Assembly: GCA_023265175.1 (NCBI GenBank)
Contig: JAHFUI010000005.1
Span: 6,862-70,861 of the forward strand
From: Acidobacteriota bacterium
Lineage (GTDB): Bacteria > Acidobacteriota > Vicinamibacteria > Vicinamibacterales > CAVVIG01
Length of the DNA stretch: 64,000 bases
Reading direction: 5' to 3'
The notes below the pieces were generated by a model that was given only the letters and a program-made list of their open reading frames with translations, was not told the DNA's origin and made no database searches. Below, one piece after another: positions 24,902 through 33,449 of the stretch (positions within the stretch are counted from its first letter, which is position 1; each line of letters begins with the position of its first letter). Both the position numbers and the translations under genes were made by a program.

Positions 24902-27292
24902 TCATGTCCGGACCGTCAGAATCATGTACGCCGCGGCGGCGGCAAAAAGAATGTTCGGCGCCCAGGCGGCGAGCGAGGGTGAGATCAGCCCTCCCGCACC
25001 CACTGCGCCGAACACGCTCTGCATGGTCCAGTACACGATCGCCAGCACGATGCCAGCGCCAATGCCGTAGAGGGCGCCGCGCCGGCCCGTGCTGGCGGCG
25101 AAGGGAACGGCGAGCAGCGTCATGATCAGCGTGACGAAGGGAAACGCCACCTTCCGCTGCAGTTGCACCACGTAGGGGACGACATGGAATCCGCTGGCCT
25201 TCAGGCCGACGATGTAGCGCTGGAGTTGCTCGTACGACATGCGGTCGGGTTCCGGCTCGTCGGTCTTGAAGTAGCTGGGGGGCTCGAGCGGCAGCGTCTG
25301 GGCGGCAAAAGGCGCGTAGGTGACGCGGGGCTTCAGGGCGCCGCCGCGCCGCTGGGTCGAAAAGGTCCGGCTCCACCCTTGACGGCCCTGCCACACGAAC
25401 AGGTGATCTTCGTCGGCGCCCGGGCGCGGGACGAGCACGACATCCCGCGCGTGGGTGAGGGAGGCAAGCCGCCACGCTTGCGTGTCGAGATGGTAGACGG
25501 TCAGGCGATTGAACCGATTGATTCGAGGATCGAAGTTCTCGTAGTGATACATGTCCCCCGTGCTGCCGATGATCCACTGCCGATCGAGCGTGCCGAAGGT
25601 TTGCGCCGGAAACCCGCGCATCACGTGCCGCACGGCTTCAGCCTTGCGGTGCCACTCGGGAACGACCCGCTCCTGAAGCCCGAACATGGCGGCGCTGAGC
25701 GCGATGGCGAAGAGCACTAACGGCACCGCCGACCGATACAGGCTGACGCCGCAGGCGCGCATCACGATGAGCTCGCTGTTCTTCGTCAGGACGCCAATCA
25801 CCACCAGCGTGGAGATGAGCGCGGCCAGTGGGATGAGAAAGGTCACGAATCGCGGCGTGTCGAAGTAGAGATTCTGCAGCAGCATGCCGGTGTTCGCGGA
25901 ACCGCGAAACAGGTACGTAGCCGAGTCGGTCAACGTTGCGATGTAGAAGATGCCGAGCAGCGCCACGCTCGCCACGCCAAAAATCCGGACCCACTGACGC
26001 GCAACGTAGAGATCGAGCAGGCGCGGGCGCGGCAGATTGACATGCGGGATCCTAATGACAACCCTGATCACCCGTCGTCGCGGCCGCGCTCCCGGATGAC
26101 TCGTGTCCGGTTCACGTGTGGAGTTCGGCTCGAGCCGGATTGCCGACCTGCGCCCCCACAGAAAAGCCGGCAGGATGACGTGGATCGGTTGATCGGTCGA
26201 TCCGGCCCGCCACAAGAGGACGACGATGCCGGCGGCGCCGGTCGCGATGTTGGGAATCCACGGTGCCATTCCGGGCGACATCCGTCCACTGAGCGCCATC
26301 GCGCGACATGTCCACAAGAGCAGGTAGTAGACGAAAATCACGCCGAACCCGAGGACGAAGCTCGCCAACTTGCCGTCCTTTCGGTTGGTGACGCCAAGTC
26401 CCAGGCCGATGAGCGCGAGCACGAGGCAGGCGACTGGAAGCGAAAACTTCAGCTGAATGAAATACGGACCGTACGACGGGATGCGATGCTTCGCGGCCTC
26501 GGCGTCCTTGGCCCGCAGCTCGGCGATCGTCATCTCGGTATCGCCCTTGAGCAGCGAGGTGCGCCGAAAGACCGCCGCGGCGTCCATGCTGAGGACCAGG
26601 CGATCGAACGAGCTGCCGTCGTGCTTGTCTGGACTGGCCAGGAATGTGGTGTGAAGGCTGCCGTCTTCCAGGAACAGCTCCACCGTCTTCTTGGTGCGAT
26701 CGACAATCAATCGGCCCTGCCTGGCGAAATACACCGTCGTGTGATCGGGGTTCGTCGAGTCGGCCATGAACACGTCGCGCAAGCCGCCGGTGGGCGGCAC
26801 GTCGCGCACGAAGATCGCCTGTTTCGGGAACTCCTCGAAGAAGACGCGCGGCTTGACGTCGCTCTCGGCGGCGACCGCCACCACGTTGAAGGTGATCTCC
26901 CGGAACGTCTGGTTGGCGTTCGGGATCAAGACGACCATGACGTAGCCGGTGGCGACGGCCGCGGGGATCGCGAGCCACGCCATGGGCCGCAGGATCCGGA
27001 AGATGCTGACGGCGCATGCCTGCAGCGCCACGAACTCGCGATCGGCCGACAACCGGCCGAGGCCTATCAGGACGCCCAGCAGCAACGCCATGGGGATCGT
27101 CACGCCGAGGGCCTGGGGGACCAACGTGACCAGGAGGCGGATGACCGTCGGCCACGCCACTCCCTTCTCGATGAATTGCTCGCCGTACTCGATCATCGGC
27201 GGCATCATCAGGAGGAACGTGAACACCGCCAGCCCGAGGAAGAAGGGCGGCAGGATCTCACGGATGATGTAGCGGTCCAGGATCTTCAACAT
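24902..27292 (-). CDS. Fused LptF-LptG lipopolysaccharide export permease (YjgP/YjgQ family, two modules in one polypeptide)
   Basis: The N-terminal module begins MLKILDRYIIREILPPFFLGLAVFTFLL. The second module begins LLDLYVARQWVRIFGVASVALLGIFYIATL. Each has the 6-TM plus periplasmic beta-jellyroll layout; total length is 796 aa. Confidence 0.8.
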   Translation of the reverse strand: MLKILDRYIIREILPPFFLGLAVFTFLLMMPPMIEYGEQFIEKGVAWPTVIRLLVTLVPQALGVTIPMALLLGVLIGLGRLSADREFVALQACAVSIFRILRPMAWLAIPAAVATGYVMVVLIPNANQTFREITFNVVAVAAESDVKPRVFFEEFPKQAIFVRDVPPTGGLRDVFMADSTNPDHTTVYFARQGRLIVDRTKKTVELFLEDGSLHTTFLASPDKHDGSSFDRLVLSMDAAAVFRRTSLLKGDTEMTIAELRAKDAEAAKHRIPSYGPYFIQLKFSLPVACLVLALIGLGLGVTNRKDGKLASFVLGFGVIFVYYLLLWTCRAMALSGRMSPGMAPWIPNIATGAAGIVVLLWRAGSTDQPIHVILPAFLWGRRSAIRLEPNSTREPDTSHPGARPRRRVIRVVIRIPHVNLPRPRLLDLYVARQWVRIFGVASVALLGIFYIATLTDSATYLFRGSANTGMLLQNLYFDTPRFVTFLIPLAALISTLVVIGVLTKNSELIVMRACGVSLYRSAVPLVLFAIALSAAMFGLQERVVPEWHRKAEAVRHVMRGFPAQTFGTLDRQWIIGSTGDMYHYENFDPRINRFNRLTVYHLDTQAWRLASLTHARDVVLVPRPGADEDHLFVWQGRQGWSRTFSTQRRGGALKPRVTYAPFAAQTLPLEPPSYFKTDEPEPDRMSYEQLQRYIVGLKASGFHVVPYVVQLQRKVAFPFVTLIMTLLAVPFAASTGRRGALYGIGAGIVLAIVYWTMQSVFGAVGAGGLISPSLAAWAPNILFAAAAAYMILTVRT

Positions 27293-27328
27293 GACGGTTG
27301 CGCGCTTGCGCTGATCCCTCGCTGAACT

Positions 27329-27419
27329 GCCACAATGGACACAAAGGACACCAAGGAAGAGACCGGGTCAGCTTTTCTGAAGACGTCTTGCCCTGGTGTC
27401 CATCGTGTCCTTTGTGGTG
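27329..27419. repeat. Family A hairpin (CCACAAAGGACAC-type 8-9 nt units)
   Basis: GCCACAATGGACACAAAGGACACCAAGGAAG ... CTTGCCCTGGTGTCCATCGTGTCCTTTGTGGTGA, located in the divergent lptFG / GH57 gap. Confidence 0.85.
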
Positions 27420-27459
27420 ACTCGGCGCATCGATTCAGCTAAGACTAAGACTAACACCC

Positions 27460-29670
27460 ATGACCCGCGTTGCCATCCTGTGGCACATGCACCAGCCGTT
27501 CTATGAAGACCTGGTCACGCACGAGCACATCCTGCCGTGGGTGCGGCTGCACGCGCTGAAGGATTACTACGGCATGGCGGCGGTCCTGCGGGAATTTCCG
27601 GACGTCCGTGTCACCTTCAACCTGGTGCCCTCACTGCTGGTCCAGATCGAGGCGTTCGCCGAAAACCGCGCGCGGGACCGTTTCCTGGATCTGAGCCTCA
27701 AACCCGCGACCGACCTGACCGACGCCGACGTCGCCTTCGTCCTGGACAACTTCTTCCACGCCCAGCGGCAGCGCATGATCGACATCTATCCGCGGTACGC
27801 GGAGCTGCTGGCGCGGCGGGGCGGTACGTTGCCGACCGCCGCCGCGGCGCTCGCCGCGGCGCGCCGGTTCAGCCGCGACGACCTGCGTGATCTGCAGGTG
27901 TGGCACAAGCTCGCCTGGCTCGATCCCTCGTATCTGGAGCGTGACGCGCGCGTGCGCGGCCTGATCGCCAAAGGCCGCGGCTTCACCGAAGACGACAAAC
28001 TGCTGCTGCGGACCGTGGAGCTCGAGATCCTCAACCAGGTGATTCCGGAGTACCGCGCGGCCGCCGGCCGCGGGCAAGTCGAGCTGTCGACCTCGCCGTT
28101 CTACCACCCGATCCTGCCGCTGCTGTGCGATACAGATGTCTACCTGCGGACGCATCCGGACTCACCAATGCCGCGGCAACGATTCACTCACACGGAGGAC
28201 GCGTCCGAGCAGTTGACGCGCGCGGCCGCGCTCCACGGGCGCCTGTTTGGACGCACGCCCGTGGGCCTCTGGCCGTCCGAAGGCTCGGTGTCGGACGCCA
28301 TGGTTCCGCTTGCGGCCGCCGCCGGGTTCACATGGATGGCGACCGACGAGCTGATTCTGGCTCGCACGCTCGGCCTGACGTTCGGCCGCGACGGCGAGGG
28401 CCATCTCGATCATCCTGAACGCCTGTATGCGCCGTACCGCGTGAGGGCGGGACGAGGATCGATCGCGTGCGCGTTTCGCGACCATTACCTGTCGGATCTC
28501 ATCGGCTTCACCTACGCGGGCTGGCCGGCTGATGCGGCCGCCGATCATTTCGTGTCGCGACTAGTCGAGGCCGGGCGCCGGTACGCGGCGCGCGCCGGCG
28601 GGGAAGAGGCGCTCATCAGCGTCATCCTGGACGGCGAGAACGCGTGGGAGCATTTCGAGGGCGGCGGCCGCCCGTTCCTGCGCGCGTTGTACGGCCGGCT
28701 GTCGTCGAACCCCGAGTTGCGGACGGTCACGATGGCCGAGGCGTGCGCCACACCACGACACGAGCTCACGAGCATTTTTCCGGGCTCGTGGATCGACGCC
28801 AATTTCTATATCTGGATCGGCCATCGCGACGACCAGCGGGCCTGGAGTCAGCTCGCCGACGCGCGGCGCGCGCTCGACGAGGTGTCGGGCATCGAGGGCG
28901 CCGACCTGGCGCGCGCGCGCGAAGAGGTCCTGATTGCCGAAGGCAGCGACTGGTTCTGGTGGTACGGCGACGACCACTCGTCAGCGCACGATCCGGAATT
29001 CGACGACCTGTTCCGCCGGCACCTGCGCAACGTGTACACGCTGCTGCGGAAACCGGTTCCCGATGAGCTGTTCGTGAGCAACATGTCGACCGGCACGCAG
29101 GCCGTGGCTGAAACGCCGCCGTCCGGCTTCTTCACCCCGACGCTCGACGGCGAGGAAACGAGCTACTTCGAGTGGCTCGGCGCGGGTACGCTCGAGATCC
29201 GCGATGGTGCGGGGGCCATGCACCGCGTCGACCGGGGGCCATCCCTGCTGACCCTCGTGCAGTTCGGATTCGACCGCGAGTGTTTGTACGTCCGCCTCGA
29301 TTCGGGGGGACGCGCGGCGGATCTGCTCGCCGACGGCTACGAGTTCTCGCTCACGTTCCTGCAGCCAGCCGGCGTTCGGTTCGTCGTGCGACAGACGCTT
29401 GAGCGGCTGATCGGGTCGTTCCGGGATCGACAAGGCGACGACCGGGAGTGGGTCGAGCGCGGTATCGGGCGCGCGCGGGTTGCGGCGGGTACGATCATCG
29501 AGGTCGCCTTGTCGTTGTCCGATCTCGGCGTTCGCGCTGGCGCGTCCTGTTCATTTTTCGTGGCGGTATCCGACGCAGACCGCCACGAAGTCGAGCGCCA
29601 TCCGGACACCCGACCGTTGGAGCTGACGGTGCCGGACGAGCGGTTCGAAGCGCGGAACTGGACCGCGTAG
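27460..29670 (+). CDS. Glycoside hydrolase family 57 protein (alpha-glucan-active enzyme)
   Basis: Carries GH57 signature blocks WHMHQPFY, STSPFYHPILPLL, WPSEGSVS (nucleophile Glu) and ILDGENAWEHF. Confidence 0.85.
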   Translation: MTRVAILWHMHQPFYEDLVTHEHILPWVRLHALKDYYGMAAVLREFPDVRVTFNLVPSLLVQIEAFAENRARDRFLDLSLKPATDLTDADVAFVLDNFFHAQRQRMIDIYPRYAELLARRGGTLPTAAAALAAARRFSRDDLRDLQVWHKLAWLDPSYLERDARVRGLIAKGRGFTEDDKLLLRTVELEILNQVIPEYRAAAGRGQVELSTSPFYHPILPLLCDTDVYLRTHPDSPMPRQRFTHTEDASEQLTRAAALHGRLFGRTPVGLWPSEGSVSDAMVPLAAAAGFTWMATDELILARTLGLTFGRDGEGHLDHPERLYAPYRVRAGRGSIACAFRDHYLSDLIGFTYAGWPADAAADHFVSRLVEAGRRYAARAGGEEALISVILDGENAWEHFEGGGRPFLRALYGRLSSNPELRTVTMAEACATPRHELTSIFPGSWIDANFYIWIGHRDDQRAWSQLADARRALDEVSGIEGADLARAREEVLIAEGSDWFWWYGDDHSSAHDPEFDDLFRRHLRNVYTLLRKPVPDELFVSNMSTGTQAVAETPPSGFFTPTLDGEETSYFEWLGAGTLEIRDGAGAMHRVDRGPSLLTLVQFGFDRECLYVRLDSGGRAADLLADGYEFSLTFLQPAGVRFVVRQTLERLIGSFRDRQGDDREWVERGIGRARVAAGTIIEVALSLSDLGVRAGASCSFFVAVSDADRHEVERHPDTRPLELTVPDERFEARNWTA

Positions 29671-29856
29671 CCTAGCAGCCCGTGGCGAACGTCTGGCTGC
29701 ATTCGGGGCAACGCGGCAGCCGCGTTGGGGATCCCGGTGCTCGCTGCGTTGCTCCTCCGTCAAATTCGCCGTGGTTAGGTTAACATAATATCCATTATCA
29801 GACTCACGTGGAATAGCCTCAAAAGGCGCGCTCCTCGCCGAGTCACCGCTCTTTCC

Positions 29857-29885
29857 CTTGGTGTCCTTTTCGTCCATTGTGGTAG
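29857..29885. repeat. Solo half (right arm only) of a family A hairpin
   Basis: CTTGGTGTCCTTTTCGTCCATTGTGGTAG has no matching left arm upstream. Confidence 0.6.
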
Positions 29886-29917
29886 TTCAGCAAGGGCATG
29901 AGCAAGCGCCAGGCGCG

Positions 29918-29982
29918 GGTTCAGCCGCAACGACCTGCGCGATCTGCAGGTGTGGCACAAGCTCGCCTGGCTTGATCCCTCG
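29918..29982 (+). pseudogene. 65-nt fragment duplicating an internal piece of the GH57 gene (27866-27930)
   Basis: Direct comparison gives 62/65 identical bases on the same strand. It would encode RFSRNDLRDLQVWHKLAWLDPS versus RFSRDDLRDLQVWHKLAWLDPS in the gene. Similarity stops abruptly on both sides. Confidence 0.8.
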
Positions 29983-30002
29983 ACAGGCGCTGGATCTGTT
30001 GT

Positions 30003-30824
30003 CTACGATTTCTTGCGCAGGTCGCGGAGGATGGCTTCGAGCGCGTTGATGATCTCGTCCCGCGTCGCCCGGCTCTTCGCGAACGACAGCTTCAGATTGA
30101 ACGCCTTGGTCGGCGGCCGGAAGGCGAAGACGTAATGCTTCGGGCGCCCCGCCCTGGGCTTCGCCGTCGCCGCGCGGAGCTGCTGACGGGTCGCGCCGCC
30201 CTGGCTGGCGATCTGTTCGACGAGCGCGGTCATTTTTTCGGGCGTGTCTTGCCTAACGACCTGTAATAGCAGGGACTTGGAGGAAATGTCGGCCAGCCGA
30301 CAGAGCGTGCGAATCTCCTCGGGCATGCTGGCGAGCGTCAGCGACTCGGTGACCGACGTCCGCGACTTCCCGAGGCGGCGCGCCAGATCCTCATGCGTGT
30401 AGCCGCACCGCTCGGCCAGGCCGTGGAGCGCCTCCGCCTCTTCGAACGGCGTGAGATCCTTGCGCTGCAGGTTCTCAATCAGCGCCAGCTCCAGCATCTC
30501 CGTCTCGTCGGCGTCGCGGATGACGACCGGCAGCTCCCGGAGTCCCACCTGCACGGCCGCCTGATAACGCCGCTCGCCGGCGACAATCTGAAACCGGTCG
30601 CCGCGCTGTCGCACGACGAGCGGCTCGAGAACCCCTTTCTCGGCAATCGACGCCATCAGCTCCGACAGATCCCCCATGACCTGCCGCGGCTGGTTCGGAT
30701 TGGGGTCGATCTGCTCGATCGAAATCAGGCGCCCGATCGGGGCGCCGGCCGACGCCGCGAGCGCCTCCACGTAATGTTGGTCGTGCCGCATCCCGATGGT
30801 CTCCGGCAGCCCTCGTCTAGGCAC
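30003..30824 (-). CDS. parB: ParB/Spo0J family partition protein
   Basis: IEQIDPNPNQPR, LMASIAEKGVLEPLVV, IVAGERRYQAA (GERRxRA box) and an HTH at LGKSRTSVTESLTLASMP. The start is ambiguous: GTG 30824 overlaps the parA stop, and ATG 30791 is an alternative. Confidence 0.8.
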   Translation of the reverse strand: MPRRGLPETIGMRHDQHYVEALAASAGAPIGRLISIEQIDPNPNQPRQVMGDLSELMASIAEKGVLEPLVVRQRGDRFQIVAGERRYQAAVQVGLRELPVVIRDADETEMLELALIENLQRKDLTPFEEAEALHGLAERCGYTHEDLARRLGKSRTSVTESLTLASMPEEIRTLCRLADISSKSLLLQVVRQDTPEKMTALVEQIASQGGATRQQLRAATAKPRAGRPKHYVFAFRPPTKAFNLKLSFAKSRATRDEIINALEAILRDLRKKS

Positions 30825-31572
30825 GGTCGATGACCTCCTCACACAGGCTGTAATACTCGGTCGCACCGGTTGAATCGGGCGCGAAGGTGAAAATCGATTC
30901 CTTGTACGCCGGGCTCTCTTCGAGCCGCACGCTCTTGGTGATCACCGTCTTGAAAACCTTTCCGCCGAAGACCTTCTGGATCTGCGCCCGGATGTCGCGC
31001 GCCAGCGCCGTCCGCTTGTCGTGCATCGTGATGACGACCCCCAGAATCCGCAGCGCCGGGTTGGGGCGCGCGCGGACCTTCTCGATCGTCTCGAGCAGAT
31101 CGTCGGTCCCTTCGAGCGCGAAGTACGACGACTGGATCGGAATCAGCAGGTGCGTGGCGGCGACCAGCGCGTTCACGGTGAGCAGGCCCAAGGTCGGCGG
31201 ACAGTCGATGACGATCTGCGGGTAGTCGCGCCGGATCGGCTCGATCTTGTCCTTCAGGCGGAAGTGCGCGTCCATCTCTCCCACCAGCTTCGCTTCCAGC
31301 TTGGCGAGAGCGATGCGCGACGGCGCGATGGCCAGCTTCTCGAGCGGCGACGGCACAATGACGTCGGCGAGCGCCACCCCCGGATCGGCGACGGCATCGT
31401 AGACGCTCTTGGCCACCTGCGACATGTCCAGAAACGACATCGTGCTGTTGGCCTGCGGATCCAGGTCGATGAGCAGCGTCCGCTTGCCGCGCAGGGCAAG
31501 AGCGGCCGCCAGATTGATGGCCGTCGTGGTCTTCCCCACGCCGCCCTTCTGGTTGGCGATGGCAACGATCAT
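30817..31572 (-). CDS. parA: ParA/Soj family chromosome partitioning ATPase
   Basis: MIVAIANQKGGVGKTTTAINLAAALA carries the deviant Walker A. 251 aa, immediately upstream of parB. Confidence 0.9.
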   Translation of the reverse strand: MIVAIANQKGGVGKTTTAINLAAALALRGKRTLLIDLDPQANSTMSFLDMSQVAKSVYDAVADPGVALADVIVPSPLEKLAIAPSRIALAKLEAKLVGEMDAHFRLKDKIEPIRRDYPQIVIDCPPTLGLLTVNALVAATHLLIPIQSSYFALEGTDDLLETIEKVRARPNPALRILGVVITMHDKRTALARDIRAQIQKVFGGKVFKTVITKSVRLEESPAYKESIFTFAPDSTGATEYYSLCEEVIDRA

Positions 31573-31626
31573 TCGGAAAGTCGGCGGGGGGATTCTAACA
31601 GGAATCTCGAAGAAGTGAGGATGTCC

Positions 31627-32112
31627 TTACATCTTGTATTTCCCCAGGTCGTCCGGATCCAGGCTCTCGAGCCACTTCTGCAGCCGATCGGAATCGGCCT
31701 GCTCCGAGGACAAATCCACCGTCTTCGCGTGGTCGATGACCTCGTCCTCCACGAAGATCGGCGCCCGCGTGCGCAGCGCCAGCGCAATGGCGTCGCTCGG
31801 CCGCGCGTCGATGGCGACCGTCTCGCCGTCGAGCGACAGGTAGATCAGCGCGTAGAACGTGTTCTCCTGCAGATCGCAGACGACAATCTTCTGGACCGAG
31901 GCGTTGAGGTCGTGGATGACGTTGCGCAGCAGATCGTGCGTCATCGGACGCGGCGTGGAGACGTTCTCGATCTGGAGCGCGATGGCGTTGGCCTCGAAAA
32001 TCCCCACCCAGATCGGCAGAACCTTCTGCCCCTCTTTGTCGCGCAGGATGATGATCGGCGAGTTCGTGATCGGATCCACCATCAGCCCCTTGATCATCAT
32101 CTCGATTTGCAT
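31627..32112 (-). CDS. Bifunctional nuclease family protein (DUF151/BFN)
   Basis: MQIEMMIKGLMVDPITNSPIIILRDKEGQKVLPIWVGIFEANAIA...RPMTHDL...ARPSDAIALALR is the characteristic DUF151 pattern. Confidence 0.75.
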   Translation of the reverse strand: MQIEMMIKGLMVDPITNSPIIILRDKEGQKVLPIWVGIFEANAIALQIENVSTPRPMTHDLLRNVIHDLNASVQKIVVCDLQENTFYALIYLSLDGETVAIDARPSDAIALALRTRAPIFVEDEVIDHAKTVDLSSEQADSDRLQKWLESLDPDDLGKYKM

Positions 32113-32121
32113 GGCACCCAC

Positions 32122-33444
32122 CTAAACTTCCCGTCCCCAGACGCTGTGCGGACCCGCGCGCTCCACCCGCACGCGGACCGTCTGCCCAATCCGCGCCGCC
32201 GGCCCCGGCAGATTGACCACCACGTTGGTACTGGTCCGGCCGGAGAGCTCGGTCTCGCGCCGGCGGCTCGCCGCGTCGACCAGCACCTCGATCTCCTGGC
32301 CCACCAGCCGCGCATTGAGCTTCGACTGGATCTCCCGCTGCAGCGCCTGCAGCGCCACGATCCGCCTCGTCTTCTCCTCGTCCGCCACATCGTCGGGCAG
32401 ACGCTTGTCGGCGAGCGTGTTCGGCCGCGGCGAGTACTTGAACGAGAACATGCTGTGATACCCGACGGCGGCCGTCAGCGAGAGCGTGGCCTCGAAATCC
32501 GCCTCCGTCTCGCCCGGGAACCCGACGATCATATCGGTCGACAGCGCGACGTCCGGCAGCGTGCCGCGGATCTTCGCGACGAGATCGAGGTAGCTCTCTC
32601 GCGTGTACCGCCGGCGCATGTCCGACAGCACTCGCGTCGACCCGGACTGCACCGGCAGGTGCAGGTGACGACAGATCTTGGACAGCCGCGTCATCGCGCC
32701 GAGAAAGCGGTCCGTGACGTGACGCGGGTGGGGACTCGCGAACCGGATCCGCTCGATCCCCGGCACGTCGTGGATCGCTTCCAGCAGGCCCGTGAAGTCG
32801 CAGCTGGGATCGTCGGGCGCCGTGTAGTGGTTCACGATCTGGCCGAGCATCTGGATTTCGCGGTGGCCGCTGCCGGCAGCGTCGCGGACCTCCGCCAGGA
32901 TGTCGGCCTTCGGCCGCATCCGTTCGTGGCCACGCGTGTAGGGCACCACACAGAAGCTGCAGAACTCGTTGCACCCTTCGATGATCGTGACGTAGGCCTT
33001 CACCGGGTCGGCCCGCCGCGTCACGCCGAGGGGAAACGACACGTCTTCGTACAGCGTGAGATCGACCAGCGGCCGCCGTTCCATCGCGGCACGGTCCACC
33101 AGCATCGGCAGGCGCCGGATGGCGTGCGTGCCGATGATGAGGTCAGCGACGCCGGGTGACCGGCGGAGCAACGCGTCGCCTTCCTGCTGCGCGACGCAGC
33201 CGGCGACCGCCACGATCGGATCGTGACCCTGCTCGCTGGCCAACTGCCGCAGCTCGCCAAGCCGCGTGTAGAGCTTGTCCTCCGCACGCTCGCGCACGCT
33301 GCACGTGTTGATCACGACGATGTCGGCGTCGGCGGCGGCGTCTGTGGCTTCGAAGCCAGCCTGCTCGAGCAGGCCCGCCATGCGCTCGGAGTCGTGCGCG
33401 TTCATCTGGCAGCCAAACGTTTCGATGAGGTACTTGCGAGCCAT
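32122..33444 (-). CDS. miaB: tRNA (N6-isopentenyl adenosine(37)-C2)-methylthiotransferase
   Basis: MARKYLIETFGCQMNAHDSE (UPF0004 domain), the radical-SAM motif CNEFCSFCVVP, and a C-terminal TRAM domain. Confidence 0.9.
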   Translation of the reverse strand: MARKYLIETFGCQMNAHDSERMAGLLEQAGFEATDAAADADIVVINTCSVRERAEDKLYTRLGELRQLASEQGHDPIVAVAGCVAQQEGDALLRRSPGVADLIIGTHAIRRLPMLVDRAAMERRPLVDLTLYEDVSFPLGVTRRADPVKAYVTIIEGCNEFCSFCVVPYTRGHERMRPKADILAEVRDAAGSGHREIQMLGQIVNHYTAPDDPSCDFTGLLEAIHDVPGIERIRFASPHPRHVTDRFLGAMTRLSKICRHLHLPVQSGSTRVLSDMRRRYTRESYLDLVAKIRGTLPDVALSTDMIVGFPGETEADFEATLSLTAAVGYHSMFSFKYSPRPNTLADKRLPDDVADEEKTRRIVALQALQREIQSKLNARLVGQEIEVLVDAASRRRETELSGRTSTNVVVNLPGPAARIGQTVRVRVERAGPHSVWGREV

Positions 33445-33449
33445 CGGTA

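Noticed and set aside
29551-29877. 108-aa minus-strand ORF starting in the solo hairpin half (MDEKDTKGKSGDSARS...).
   Set aside because: It overlaps the 3' end of the GH57 gene antisense. Its start is repeat-derived, its composition is disordered and Arg-rich, and I saw no Shine-Dalgarno sequence or motif.
29671-31626. Replication origin near parAB.
   Set aside because: No cluster of DnaA-box-like 9-mers (TTATCCACA-type) and no dnaA/dnaN/gidAB neighbours. AT-rich DNA is limited to about 30 nt.
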